Shown: positions 44,607-57,400, counted from the first letter of the stretch. The stretch: 64,000 nucleotides of DNA from an uncultured Solirubrobacterales bacterium (GCA_963710305.1 CAVPZV010000012.1:7870-71869); one strand, 5' to 3'. Numbers and translations are program-made. Notes: generated from the sequence alone by a model not told the origin.

Positions 44607-45742
44607 CAGCTTGGCCCTCCGCCGGCGGAGGCGAACAGCTTCGCGCGCGGATTGCCGTTCATCACCCGGGACAGCCGGTCGACCGCCTCGTCCTGCTCGG
44701 GCGAGAGCGAGGCCGGCACGTCGATCACGAACCGGTAGTGGATATCGCCCCGGCCCTTGCCACCGAGCCGCTGCGGGCCCTCGCCGCGCAGGCGCTGGAT
44801 CGTGCCGTGCTTGGTGCCGGCCGGGACGCGCAGTCGCTTGGGGGCGCTCAGCGTCGGCACCTCGATCACCGCGCCCCGGATCGCCTCCGGGATCGTGAGC
44901 GGAACCTCGACCTCGAGGTTCTCGCCGCTCCACTTGAACACCGGCGAATCGGACACGCGAGTGATCACATAGAGGTCTCCGGGCTCGCCGCCGCGGGGAC
45001 CGGCCTCGCCCTTGCCGGCCAGGCGGATGCGGCTTCCGTCGCGCACGCCGGCGGGGATGTTCACGCGCAGTCGCCTGACCCCACGCTGAGCGCCGGTGCC
45101 ATGGCAGGTGGGGCAGGGGTCTTCGATCACGGTGCCGGTGCCTTGGCAGTTCGAGCACGGCTGGGAGATCGAGAAGATCCCCTGGCTCTGGGCTTCGACG
45201 CCCCTACCGTTGCAGACCGGGCACACCTTTGGGCTGGTTCCCGGCTTCGCGCCGGTCCCGTTGCACGTCGGACACGGCTGCGAGGTCTGCACCGCCAGCG
45301 GCACCTGGGAGCCGTTGACCGCCTGGTCGAAGGTGAGCGAGACCTCGGACTCGAGGTCGCGCCCGCGCTGCACGCCGGTCCGGCCGCCCGGCCGTCCGGG
45401 GCCGGTGCCGGTCCGGCCCCGCGCGCCACCGCCGGCCCCACCGAAGATGTTGGACAGGATGTCCGAGAAGTTGCCGCTGAACGAGCCCGGGTCGAACCCT
45501 CCGGGCACGCCGAAGCCACCGAGCGGACCCTGGCCACGGTCGTAGGCCTTGCGCTTGTCCGCATCGGACAGGACGTCGTAGGCCTGCGAGATCTGCTTGA
45601 AGCGCTCCTCGGCGCTCTTGTCACCCGGGTTGCGGTCCGGGTGGTACTGGCGAGCGAGCTTGCGGTACGCCTTCTTGATCTCCGCATCGGAGGCGTTCTT
45701 GCCGACCCCGAGGGTCTTGTAGTAATCCGTTCTCTCGGCCAT
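44606..45742 (-). CDS. dnaJ: Chaperone DnaJ
   Basis: J domain with HPD, G/F-rich region and four CxxCxGxG repeats. Confidence 0.97.
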   Translation of the reverse strand: MAERTDYYKTLGVGKNASDAEIKKAYRKLARQYHPDRNPGDKSAEERFKQISQAYDVLSDADKRKAYDRGQGPLGGFGVPGGFDPGSFSGNFSDILSNIFGGAGGGARGRTGTGPGRPGGRTGVQRGRDLESEVSLTFDQAVNGSQVPLAVQTSQPCPTCNGTGAKPGTSPKVCPVCNGRGVEAQSQGIFSISQPCSNCQGTGTVIEDPCPTCHGTGAQRGVRRLRVNIPAGVRDGSRIRLAGKGEAGPRGGEPGDLYVITRVSDSPVFKWSGENLEVEVPLTIPEAIRGAVIEVPTLSAPKRLRVPAGTKHGTIQRLRGEGPQRLGGKGRGDIHYRFVIDVPASLSPEQDEAVDRLSRVMNGNPRAKLFASAGGGPS

Positions 45743-45745
45743 GGC

Positions 45746-46377
45746 TCATCCCGCCACGAGGACTCGCGCAGGCCTGATCACCGCGTCACCGAGCCGGTAA
45801 CCGCGCTGATAGACCTCCACGATCGTGCCCGGCTGGGCGCCGTCCACCGGCTGCTGCGCCACGGCCTCATGGTGCTGAGGATCAAACACCTCGCCCTCCG
45901 GGGAGTAGCGCTCGATCCCGGCCCGGGCCAGGGCCGCGATCACGTCCGCGTGCACGAGCTTGATGCCGGACGCCAGCGTGTCGGAGCCGTCGTTGTTGCC
46001 GGCCGCCTCAGCGGCCTCGAGCGCCCGGTCCAGGTTGTCGACCGCCGGCAGCAGCTCGCGGGCCAGCTTGGCCACGCCGCGCTCCTGCGCCGCCGCGGCC
46101 TCCCGGGACGCACGCCTTCGGTAGTTCTCGAAGTCGGCCTTGGTCCGCTGCGCCAGCTCGAGGTACTCGTCGGCCTTGGACGCCTTGGCGGTCAGCTCCT
46201 CGAGGTCGCGCTGGAGCTTCTCGTGCTCCTCGTTCTCGGGCGCCGCCGCCTCCGGCTCCTCAGCGGTGGGCGGCGCCGGCGTCTCGGCCACCCCATCGAC
46301 GGGGGTCTCCTCGACGGCCGGCGCCGGGGCGCTCTCCTGAGTGGGAGCGCCCCCGCCGTTCGACTGTTCGGAGCTCA

Positions 46378-46378
<1 letters not shown>
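45746..46378 (-). CDS. grpE: Nucleotide exchange factor GrpE
   Basis: ADFENYRRR, FDPQHHEA and GYRL..IRPARV. Confidence 0.97.
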
Positions 46379-48291
<1,913 letters not shown>

Positions 48292-48320
48292 CTTGCCTTT
48301 TGCTCCTCTAGGTTCGTAAA

Positions 48321-48345
48321 AATCTGAGCCTCAGCGTAGCAGATC
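48321..48345. promoter_or_regulatory. Degenerate HAIR-like operator upstream of dnaK
   Basis: AATCTGAGC-N7-TAGCAGATC aligns with the clpB site. Confidence 0.6.
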
Positions 48346-48456
48346 TGCCGTCTGCTGCGTCTGGGCCGTTGCTGTAGGCGCGGCTTCGAACCGCCGAGGC
48401 GCTTCGGTGGGTCGCCGTGCCGACGCCCCGGGCTACCCGCCACCGTCGCGCCACCC

Positions 48457-48576
48457 GCGGGAATTTGTTCCTTCGGTGCACCGGTTTCGCTCGAAGCCGA
48501 CTTTCTTCCCGCCGAGCGGGAACTATCCTCGGTCTCGGCGAGATCGCCGTCGCGAAAGGAACGTTGTTCCCGCTCG
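48457..48576. repeat. REP-like cluster of four GCGGGAA units in alternating orientation (two hairpins)
   Basis: gcgggaa 48457-63 / ttcccgc 48506-12, and cgagcgggaac 48513-23 / gttcccgctcg 48566-76. Confidence 0.6.
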
Positions 48577-48578
48577 AC

Positions 48579-49279
48579 TCAGGCGAACGTGTCGGCGCTG
48601 GGGCACATGCGGCGCAGGGCGCACTCGCGGCAGTTGGGCCGGCGGGCGTGGCAGGTGCGCCGGCCGTGGCGGAGCAGGTTGATGTGGAACTCGAGCTCCT
48701 GGCCCTCCGGGGTGATCTTCAGCATCGTGTCGTGGAGCTCCTCGAAGGGCGCGCCGGCGCGGAACAGCGCCGAGCCGCGTTCCCGACGCGCGAGACGTGC
48801 GTGTCCACCGGCACGTCGCGCATCCCGAGCGCGAACAGGAGCACGCACGCGGCCGTCTTGCGCCCCACGCCCGGCAGCGACGTCAGATACGCCTGCGCCT
48901 CCGGCACTGGCTGGCTGGCCAGCCAGTCCAGGGAGAGAGGGTGATCGCCGCCGGGCGCCGTCTCGCTGATCGCGCGGAGGATCGACTTGATCCGAGCCGA
49001 CTTGACCTTGGAGATCCCGCCGGGCCGGATCGCCTCCTCGAGCTCGTCGACGGGCGCGTCGCGGACCTCCTCCCAGGTCGGGAAGCGCTCGCGCATGGCG
49101 AGGTAGGCGACGTCGCGGTTGCGGTCGTTGGTCGACTGCGACAGGACGGTCAGGATCAGCTCGGCGATCGGGTGGCCGTGGGGTTCGGCGAGCGGGATCC
49201 CGTAGACGAGACGGAGGCGATCGCGGATTGCGCGCACACGGCGCGCCGGCGGCCGGCGCCAGCTCGCCCGGTCAGTCAA
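48579..49279 (-). CDS. nth: Endonuclease III-family HhH-GPD glycosylase with FeS motif (frameshift near 48780)
   Basis: VLSQST, LPGVGRKTA, PVDTHV and CHARRPNCRECALRRMC. Confidence 0.85.
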
Positions 49280-50170
49280 GCGATCCCCAGCGCTCGCATG
49301 CGCGGGCGGCCTCGGCCACCGCCTCGGGAAGCGCAGCCGCCACCACCGAGGGGTAGAAGTCGCTCACCGCCAGGCGCGCCAGCAGGACTCCGGTGAGGAC
49401 GTCGCCGGCGCCCATCATGCTCACCACCTCCGCCGGCACGGCCTCCACGTCGGCGCGGAGCTCGCCGCGCAGGATCGCGCCCTCGTCGCCGAGCGAGAGG
49501 ACGACCATCCGCGCGCCCGCCTTGATCAGCGCCTGCGCCGCGCGTTCCGGGTCGTCCTCGCCGGTCATGATCGCGGCTTCGGACTGGGTGGCGCGCACGA
49601 GCAGGGCGCCCGGGACGCACGCGTTCGCGCTGGCGGCGGCGTCGGCGCGCGAGCGCCACCGGTGCAGCCGGAGGTTGGGATCGAACACGACCGGCAGCTC
49701 CGACTCGAGCGCCACCTCGCGAGCGCGCATCGCGATCGCTCGTTCGTCTCGGTGCACGAGCGGGTTCGAGGTGAGGAACACCGCCGCCGGAGCCCTGGAC
49801 GATCTCGTCGACCCGGTCCCCGAGCGCCATCCCGAGCGTCGCCGGAAACTCCCCGTACAGGTCGTACGTCGGTTCGCCGGCGGGGCCGATCGTCACCAGC
49901 GCCAGCGGCGTGCGTGCCTCGGGAACGAGCGCGAACAGGGACACGTCGACGCCCTCGCGCGCGAGCCGGCTCCGAAGCCAGCGGCCCCAGGAGTCGTCGC
50001 CCGCACCTCCCACCAGGGCAACCCGCGCGCCGCAGCGGGCGGCGACCGCAGCGATGTTCGCCGCCGACGCCACCGAACCGCGGAACGAACGCATCGGCTT
50101 CCGTCACGTCCGCGAGCGGACGTTCGCAAACGAGATCGACCAGAGCGTCGCCCAGGCACAACGTGCGCAC
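49272..50170 (-). CDS. PfkB family sugar kinase (frameshifts)
   Basis: LCLGDALVD, FGG, GDDSWG, FDPNLR and GAGDV. Confidence 0.88.
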
Positions 50171-50197
50171 GGGCGCGGACGTTATCCTCGGCGCCGG

Positions 50198-50984
50198 GTG
50201 AGCGTCGACGAGCATACGATCGAGCTCGGCTCCGTGCCCGTCTACTACCGCAGTGCCACGGCCACCGGCACACCGCCGGTTTACCTGCACGACGTCCCGA
50301 CAAGCTCGGACGACTGGGTCGCGGCGCTCGAGCGAACGGGCGGGATCGCGCCCGACCTGATCGGGTTCGGCCGCTCGGGCAAGGGCGAGGAGCTCGACTA
50401 CTCGGTGTCCGGGCTGGCCGACTTCGTCGGGGACCTCCTCGCGGAGCTCGGGCTTGAGCGCGCAGTCGTGGTCGGCCACGGCTGGAGCGCCGCGGTCGCG
50501 CTCGAGCTCGCGCGCCGCCGGCCGGAGCAGATCGAACGGCTCCTCCTGATCAACCCGCTGCCGCTCGTCGAGGGCTTCAGGTGGCCCGCGATCGCACGCG
50601 CGTGGCGCGTCCGCGTGGCCGGCGAGCTGGCCATGGGCTCCACCCAGCGGTGGATGCTCGCCCGCGCGCTGCGCGGCGCCAGCGCGAACCCGCAGGCCTG
50701 GCCGGACGAGCGCGTCGCCGCGGTCTGGAACCAGTTCGACCAGGGAACTCAGCGCGCGATCCTCCGCCTGCACCGCAGCGTGGACGCCGGCGCGCGCGAG
50801 GCCGCGGTGGCCCTGGACGCGCCCGCTCAGATCCTCTGGGGCGAGTTGGACCCGTGGTTCCCGGTTCGCCTCGCCGACGCCTACGCGGCGCTTCACCCCG
50901 GAGCGCGGCTCGAGCGCATCCCCGACGCCGGCCACTGGCCGTGGCTGGACCGGCCGGACACGATCGACCAGGTTCCTCGGATGA
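50198..50984 (+). CDS. Alpha/beta hydrolase (haloalkane dehalogenase/epoxide hydrolase-like fold)
   Basis: YLHDVPTSS, APDLIGFGRS, VGHGWS, WGELDP and DAGHWP. The stop is lost to an indel near 50970. Confidence 0.82.
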
Positions 50985-52598
50985 GCGCGGTCCTGGACGA
51001 GCGCGCGGTCCGCGCCCGCCGGGCCGTACCGGCACGCGTCGACCTCCGCCGCGTCGCGCCGACGCTCGCTGCCGGCGTGCTCGCCGCGATCTACGTGATC
51101 GTCTCGCCGCCCAGCCTCGACCTCGCCGCCCACCTGCTCCGCGCGAAGCTGTTCAAGGCCGAGGGGTTCGGCATCTGGAACAACTGGTGGTACGGCGGCC
51201 ACGACGTCCCCGGGTACAGCGTCCTGTTCCCACCGCTCGCCGCGGCCATCACTCCGCAGCTCGCGGCGGCGCTCGCCTCCACGGCCACCGCGGCGCTGTT
51301 CGAGCCGCTGGTCTGGCGTCGGTACGGGCGCGACGCGTGGCTCGGAGCGCTGTGGTTCGGCCTGGCCACGGGAATCGACCTGTTCACCGGACGCCTCACG
51401 TTCGCGTTCGGGTTGCTGCCCGCGGTGGGCTGCGCGCTGGCCCTCCAGCGCCGCCGCACCGCTCTGGCCGTCGCGCTCGCCGTCGTGACGGCACTGGCCA
51501 GTCCGGTGGCGGCGCTGTTCGCGGCGTTGGCCGGCGTGGCCTGCGCCGTCGGCCGCGTCGCCTCCGAGCGCAAACCGTCCGCCGCCGTCTCCGGCCTCGC
51601 CACGGCCGCCGGCGCGCTCGTCCCGGTCGCGCTCCTGGCGATCGCCTTCCCGGAAGGTGGAACCGAGCCGTTCGCGTTCAGCACGCTGTGGCCAATCCTC
51701 CTGATCGCGGCCTGCGTCGTCGCGGTCACGCAGCGCCGCGACCTGACGCTCCGCGCGGGAGCGGTCCTGTACGCACTCGCATGCATCCTCGCCTACAGCG
51801 TCACGACCCCCGTGGGCAGCAACGCGGCTCGGCTCGCGCCGCTCATCGCGGGCCCCGTGCTGGCGCTCGTGCTGTGGCCGCGACGCAAGCTGCTCTTGCT
51901 CGTGCTCGCCCTCCCGCTCCTCTACATCCAGTGGCAGGCACCGATTCGCGACGTCTCCACCGCGGCGGGAGATCCGTCGGGGTCCACGAGCTACTGGCGA
52001 CCGCTCCTCTCGTTTCTGGAGCGCCAGGGCGGCCCGCCGTTCCGCGTCGAGGTCCCGTTCACCGGCTTCCACTACGAGGCGTACGAGGTGGCGCCGCGAT
52101 TCGCGCTCGCGCGCGGGTGGGAGCGCCAGCTCGACATAAAGGACAACGCCCTGTTCTACAACGGGACGCTTGAACGCGTCGAGCTACCACACGTGGCTGC
52201 GCGGCCTCGGCGTGCGCTTCGTGGCGGTGTCCGACGCCAGCCTCGACTACTCGGCGCGCCGCGAGAAGGCGCTGATCGATCGGGGGCTCCCGTACCTGAA
52301 GCTCGTCCTGCGCACCCGGCACTGGCGGGTGTACGCGGTCGCGGACGCCACGCCGCTCGCGCAGGGAGCCGCCACCGCAACCGCGCTCGGTCCGAACTGG
52401 GTCCGGCTCCGGGCCACGCGTGCCGGCACGGCATTCGTCAGGGTCCGCTTCACGCCGTACTGGTCCTTGAGCGACGGGTGCGTGGAGCCCGCCGGCGGCT
52501 TCACGAAGCTCACGCTCCGCCGTCCAGGCACCACAAAACTGTCGATCCGCTTCTCGCTCTCACGGGTCGGTTCGCGCTCTGCTCGCTGCGGTCCCTAA
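50981..52598 (+). CDS. Polytopic membrane protein, GT-C glycosyltransferase-like, with extracytoplasmic C-domain (frameshift near 52172)
   Basis: Short TM, then loop SLDLAAH...WNNWWYGGH..GYS.LFP, about 11-13 TM segments and a LARGWERQLD C-domain. The GT-C assignment is inference from architecture. Confidence 0.65.
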
Positions 52599-52639
52599 CC
52601 AAGAGTCAACAGGCGCCACCGCTAGGATGCCCGGCTGCG

Positions 52640-53419
52640 ATGCGGGGTCGACTTCGTCATACCGGCGTGCGCGCCCTCCCCCACGGTTGGGCCGACGCCA
52701 TCCGCCAGCTCGGGCTGTTCGTCGGCGCCTACGCGATCTATGCCCTGGTCCGGGTGCTCGTGTACGGCAGCGCCTACAACCCCGGCTACAAGCCGTTCGG
52801 CGACGCGACGAAGATCATCCAACTCGAACGCGTGCTGCACGTGTTCATCGAGCCGAGCATCCAGAACTGGGCGGTGAACAAGCACTGGCTGATCGACTTC
52901 GCCGACTGGACGTACCTGAACGCGCACTACGTGGTGACGCTCAGCGCGCTGATCTACATCTACCTGCGTCGCAACGAGTCCTTCTACTCGGTCCGCAACA
53001 CGTTCATGATCGCGATGGGGCTCGCGCTCATCGGCTACTCGGTGTTTCCCACGGCGCCGCCGCGGCTGATGCCCGAGTGGGGCTTCACCGACCCGATCCA
53101 GCAGTTCACCGGGATCACGGTGGAGCACGGAGCATCGAGCGCCCTCATCAATCTGTACGCGGCGGTCCCGTCGATGCACGTGTGCTTCGCCGTGATGGTC
53201 GGCTGGCCGATGGTCCGCCTCGTTCGCAGCTGGCCCGCCAGGCTGGCTTGGGGCATCTATCCGTTCTGGATCACGTTTGTGGTCGTCGCGACGGGTAACC
53301 ATTACTTCACTGACGTGTTTCTCGGTGCATTGACCGCTGCCGTCTCCATGGTGCTCGCCGCCCAGCTTCTGGCGCGGGCGCGGCCGGACGTGTGGGCCTT
53401 CAGCCACGCGCCCGCATAG
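52640..53419 (+). CDS. PAP2 superfamily, Aur1/inositol-phosphorylceramide-synthase-like membrane protein
   Basis: PTAPPRL, YAAVPSMHV and VVATGNHYFTD match the Aur1-type catalytic His/His/Asp motifs. Confidence 0.85.
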   Translation: MRGRLRHTGVRALPHGWADAIRQLGLFVGAYAIYALVRVLVYGSAYNPGYKPFGDATKIIQLERVLHVFIEPSIQNWAVNKHWLIDFADWTYLNAHYVVTLSALIYIYLRRNESFYSVRNTFMIAMGLALIGYSVFPTAPPRLMPEWGFTDPIQQFTGITVEHGASSALINLYAAVPSMHVCFAVMVGWPMVRLVRSWPARLAWGIYPFWITFVVVATGNHYFTDVFLGALTAAVSMVLAAQLLARARPDVWAFSHAPA

Positions 53420-53422
53420 TCG

Positions 53423-54076
53423 ATGGCCGAGCAGCACACTCCGCCCCTGCGCACGCGCCCGCCCCGCAGGGCCCGCCCGCGGCGGGAAGGGCCCACGACG
53501 CCGGAGTTGATGCGCGAGCGGCTGATCGAGTCGCGCCTGACTCCGAACGCGATCTCGCTCACCGGCTTCGCGCTCAACCTGGCCGCGGCCGCGCTCGTAG
53601 TCGAGCGGCTGTTCTTCCTCGCCGGCGTCGCGTTCATCGTCGGCTCGGTGATGGACACGCTCGACGGGCGCTACTCGCGGATGTCGGGCAAGGGGACGCC
53701 GTTCGGCGCGTTCCTGGACTCGACGCTCGACCGGCTCGAGGAAGGCATCGTGCTGACCGCGGTCGGCGCCTACTTCGCCTCGCGCCACAACCAGGTCGCG
53801 GTGGCGGCGGTGGTGGCGGCGGTGCTGTTCAGCCTGATGGTCTCCTACACCCGTGCGCGCGCCGAGGCGCTCGGCGTGGCCTGCAAGGTCGGGCTCGCCA
53901 CGCGTCCGGTGCGGGTCGTGATCCTGTCGGCCGGGCTCGTGTTCGCCAAGGGAGCCTCACTCGGCCATTTCGAGCTCCTGGCCCCGGCCGTCTACGTCCT
54001 CGCCGGTCTCACCGTGCTGACCACGGTGCAGCGGATCGTCCACGTGCGCGGCCAGCTCCGCGCCACGCAAGCCTAG
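53423..54076 (+). CDS. CDP-alcohol phosphatidyltransferase, phosphatidylinositol-phosphate synthase type
   Basis: TPNAIS, DTLDGRYSR-x-GAFLDSTLD and VSYTRARAEALG; directly upstream of ino1. Confidence 0.88.
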   Translation: MAEQHTPPLRTRPPRRARPRREGPTTPELMRERLIESRLTPNAISLTGFALNLAAAALVVERLFFLAGVAFIVGSVMDTLDGRYSRMSGKGTPFGAFLDSTLDRLEEGIVLTAVGAYFASRHNQVAVAAVVAAVLFSLMVSYTRARAEALGVACKVGLATRPVRVVILSAGLVFAKGASLGHFELLAPAVYVLAGLTVLTTVQRIVHVRGQLRATQA

Positions 54077-54216
54077 GCCGAGGCGCGTCGTCTATCGCGG
54101 TCCTGCCGCGGGTCGCCGGCGGGCGCTCGGTGTAACCAACCATCGATCCGGGGATATCTCTTGCGAGCCGTGTTGCGACGGTCGCGCCGGCCGTAGATCA
54201 AGAAGGGAACGCCTCA

Positions 54217-55416
54217 GTGACCACCAAGAACGGTTCAGCGAACCGCGACGCTTCGACGAACGGCTCCGCGCCGCTACCAGTCCGACAAGGTGCGCGTCGC
54301 GATCATCGGAGTCGGCAACTGCGCGAGCTCGTTCGTGCAGGGCGTCCAGTACTACCGCGACGCCGACCCCCGCGAGTCCGTGCCCGGCCTCATGCACGTC
54401 GACCTCGGGGGCTACCACGTCCGTGACATCGAGTTTTCCGCCGCGTTCGACATCGACGCGGACAAGGTCGGCAAGGACCTGTCCGAGGCGATCTTCGCCG
54501 GCCAGAACAACACGCTGAAGTTCGCCGACGAGGTCCCGAAGCTGGGGATCGAGGTGCACCGCGGGATGACCCACGACGGCCTCGGCAAGTACCTCAAGGA
54601 GAAGATCACGAAGGCGCCCGGGCCCGACCTCGGACATCGTCGGGATCCTCAAGGACACCCACACCGACGTGGTCGTCTCCTACCTTCCCGTCGGCTCCGA
54701 GCAGGCCACCAAGTGGTACGTGGAGCAGGTGCTCGAGGCCGGGTGCGGCTTCGTCAACTGCATCCCGGTGTTCATCGGCCGCGAGCAGTACTGGAACGGC
54801 CGCTTCGAGAAGGCCGGGCTGCCGATCGTCGGCGACGACATCAAGTCGCAGGTCGGCGCCACGATCGTCCACCGGGCGCTCGCCCGGCTGTTCCACGACC
54901 GCGGGGTCAAGCTGATGCGCACCTCGCAGCTGAACGTCGGCGGCAACATGGACTTCTACAACATGCTCGAGCGCGAGCGGCTGGAGTCCAAGAAGGAGTC
55001 CAAGACCAACGCCGTCACCTCGATCATGGGCCACGTCCTCCCCGCGGACGACGTCCACGTCGGGCCCTCCGACTACGTCCCGTGGCTGACCGACCGCAAG
55101 TGGGCGCACATCCGGCTCGAGGGCCAAGCCTTCGGCGACGTGCCGCTCAACGGCCGAGCTCAAGCTCGAGGTGTGGGACTCGCCCAACTCGGCCGGCATC
55201 GTGATCGACGCCGTGCGCTGCTGCAAGCTGGCGCTCAACAACGGGGTGGCCGGGCAGCTCGACGGGCCGAGCTCGTACCTGATGAAGTCGCCGATGAACC
55301 AGCGGCCCGATTCCGAGGCGCGGGAGCTGACTGAGGAGTTCATCGCCAAGTACTCGCGGACCGCCGCCGGGGCGGCCAAGGCCAAGAAGGCGAAGGCCGA
55401 GGCCGAAGCCACGTAG
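54217..55416 (+). CDS. ino1: myo-Inositol-1-phosphate synthase (three frameshifts)
   Basis: [36 protein letters not shown] and VWDSPNSAG. Confidence 0.95.
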
Positions 55417-55436
55417 CCACGCATAGAATCGCGAGG

Positions 55437-57356
55437 GTGCAGCGCCTCGCGATCGCGCAGGTCACCCCGTTCGCCTGGGAGGTGGCAAACGAGGTAAACG
55501 AGCACGTGCGGCGCGTGTCGGAGGAGCTCTGCACCCGCGGCCATCGCGTGCTGATCGTGGCGCCGTCCCATTCCGGCGAGCTGGTCCGGGACAGCCGGCG
55601 GGTGCTGCGCAGCGAGAACTCCTCGCTGCTCGAACGCGCCGGTGAGGCGCCGCTGGTGCTCGGGGTGGGAGAGGTGCTGCCGTTCTCCCCCACACGCCGC
55701 CGGGCGGCGTCGCTGCCGATCGACGTGGCCCGGACGGTCGAGGAGGCGCTCACCGCGCTGCCGCTCGACGTGGTCCACGTCCACGAACCGTTCGCGCCGA
55801 GCGCGGCGAGCATCGCGCTGCGCCATTCGCGCGCGCTCAACGTCGGCAGCTTTCACGCGCCCACCGAGCGGGTCCTGACCACGCAGCTGACGCGCCCGCT
55901 CTCGCGCCTGTTCTTCGGACGCCTCGACGCTCGCATCGCGAGCTACCGCGCCACGCGCGACCTGATCCAGCGCTACTTCCCGGGCGAGTACACGGTGGTC
56001 CTCCCGGGGGCCGACGTGGGGGAGGCGCGCGGGGGTGCGGACGACCGGCTCGAGCTGTTCCTGAGCGCGACGGAGGAGCGGGCGGCGCTCAGGCTGTTCC
56101 TGCGCGCGCTCCGCGCGCTTCCCGACGACGTCCCCTGGCACGCCACCGTGTGGTCCGAGCGGCCGCTCGCGGCGCCCGCGACGATCGGCCGACGCGTCCG
56201 CGACCGCGTGCAGTTCGTGGACGGGGAGGGGATGACGGAGGCCGAGGCGCTGCTCCTGGCCGACGTGGTGGTGCTCGCCTCCGAGGGCATTCGTCCGACG
56301 CCGGGGACGCTGGTGCGCGCGCTCGCCGCCGGCGCGGTCCCGGTCGCCTCGCGCCTACCGGTCTACGAGGAGCTCCTCGGCGAGGGCGAGTACGGGTTCG
56401 AGTTCGAGCCCGGAGACGCCGAGACGCTGGCCAGCCATCTGACCCGGCTCGTCTCGGACCCGGGCGCGCGGGACCGGGCCCGGGGGCAGGCCGAGCGGCT
56501 ACGGGAGACGTTCGCGTGGCCGCGGGTCGCCGATGAGCTCGAGCAGGTGTATCTGAAGCTGGTCTCCCGCCGGCACGACACGCGCGCCAACCCGAAGCTG
56601 CGGGGCAAGCTGTCCGGGCGCCGGATGGTCGACGTCGACCTCCACATGCACACCGACCACTCCTACGACTGCGCCACGCCGGTCGAGGTCCTGCTCGCCG
56701 AGGCGCGCGCCCGCGGTCTCGGCGCGATCGCGATCACCGACCACAACGAGGTTTCCGGCGCTCTCGACGCCCGCGCGAAAGCCGACGGGGTGCGGGTGAT
56801 CGTCGGCGAGGAGGTCAAGACGGCCGACCAGGGCGAGGTCATCGGGCTGTTCATCGAGGAGAAGATCCCGCGCGGGCTGTCCTTGCAGGAGACGATCGCG
56901 GAGATCAAGCGCCAGGGCGGCCTGGTGTACGTGCCGCACCCGTTCGACCGCCTGCACTCGGTCCCCGATTACGAGCACCTGCTCGACGTGCTCGACTCGG
57001 TCGACGCGATCGAGGTGTTCAACCCCCGCGTTGCCATCAGCGAATTCAACGACGAGGCGGTCCGGTTCGCGGCCAAGTACCGGATCCCGGCCGGTGCAGG
57101 ATCGGATGCGCACGTTCCCCAGGGACTCGGCTCGGTCCGGATCAGGATGCGTGAATTCGACGGTCCCGAGGAGTTCCTGGAGTCGCTGAGAGACGCCGAC
57201 ATCGTCCGCAATCCGGCCAGCCTTCTGTACGTCCAGGCGCTGAAGTTCCTGCAAACCAAGGCTCTTCCCGAGTCCGCACGGCGCGCCTCGCGCGAGCGCC
57301 GCGTACGCCGGGCGACCGGCCGCGGCGCGGGCGTGCAAGGCCCGCGCAACTCCTGA
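55437..57356 (+). CDS. Fusion of a degenerate PimA-like GT4 domain and a PHP phosphoesterase domain
   Basis: DVVHVHEPFAPS and VGSFH are PimA-like. PHP motifs DLHMHT, ITDHN, GEE, PHP and GSDAH are intact. One continuous 639-aa ORF. Confidence 0.85.
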   Translation: MQRLAIAQVTPFAWEVANEVNEHVRRVSEELCTRGHRVLIVAPSHSGELVRDSRRVLRSENSSLLERAGEAPLVLGVGEVLPFSPTRRRAASLPIDVARTVEEALTALPLDVVHVHEPFAPSAASIALRHSRALNVGSFHAPTERVLTTQLTRPLSRLFFGRLDARIASYRATRDLIQRYFPGEYTVVLPGADVGEARGGADDRLELFLSATEERAALRLFLRALRALPDDVPWHATVWSERPLAAPATIGRRVRDRVQFVDGEGMTEAEALLLADVVVLASEGIRPTPGTLVRALAAGAVPVASRLPVYEELLGEGEYGFEFEPGDAETLASHLTRLVSDPGARDRARGQAERLRETFAWPRVADELEQVYLKLVSRRHDTRANPKLRGKLSGRRMVDVDLHMHTDHSYDCATPVEVLLAEARARGLGAIAITDHNEVSGALDARAKADGVRVIVGEEVKTADQGEVIGLFIEEKIPRGLSLQETIAEIKRQGGLVYVPHPFDRLHSVPDYEHLLDVLDSVDAIEVFNPRVAISEFNDEAVRFAAKYRIPAGAGSDAHVPQGLGSVRIRMREFDGPEEFLESLRDADIVRNPASLLYVQALKFLQTKALPESARRASRERRVRRATGRGAGVQGPRNS

Positions 57357-57400
57357 TGCACCCGCAAGGACATGCTCGCCCTCCGTCCAATCCGGGGGAG

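Noticed and set aside
49910-53419. 1169-aa hydrolase-membrane-PAP2 fusion ORF
   Set aside because: Explained by indels near 50970 and 52172. Each part has its own plausible start and stop (TGA 50984, TAA 52598, ATG 52640).
55437-56600. Annotating the fusion as active pimA
   Set aside because: The GG loop, RK motif and E-x7-E motif are all substituted.
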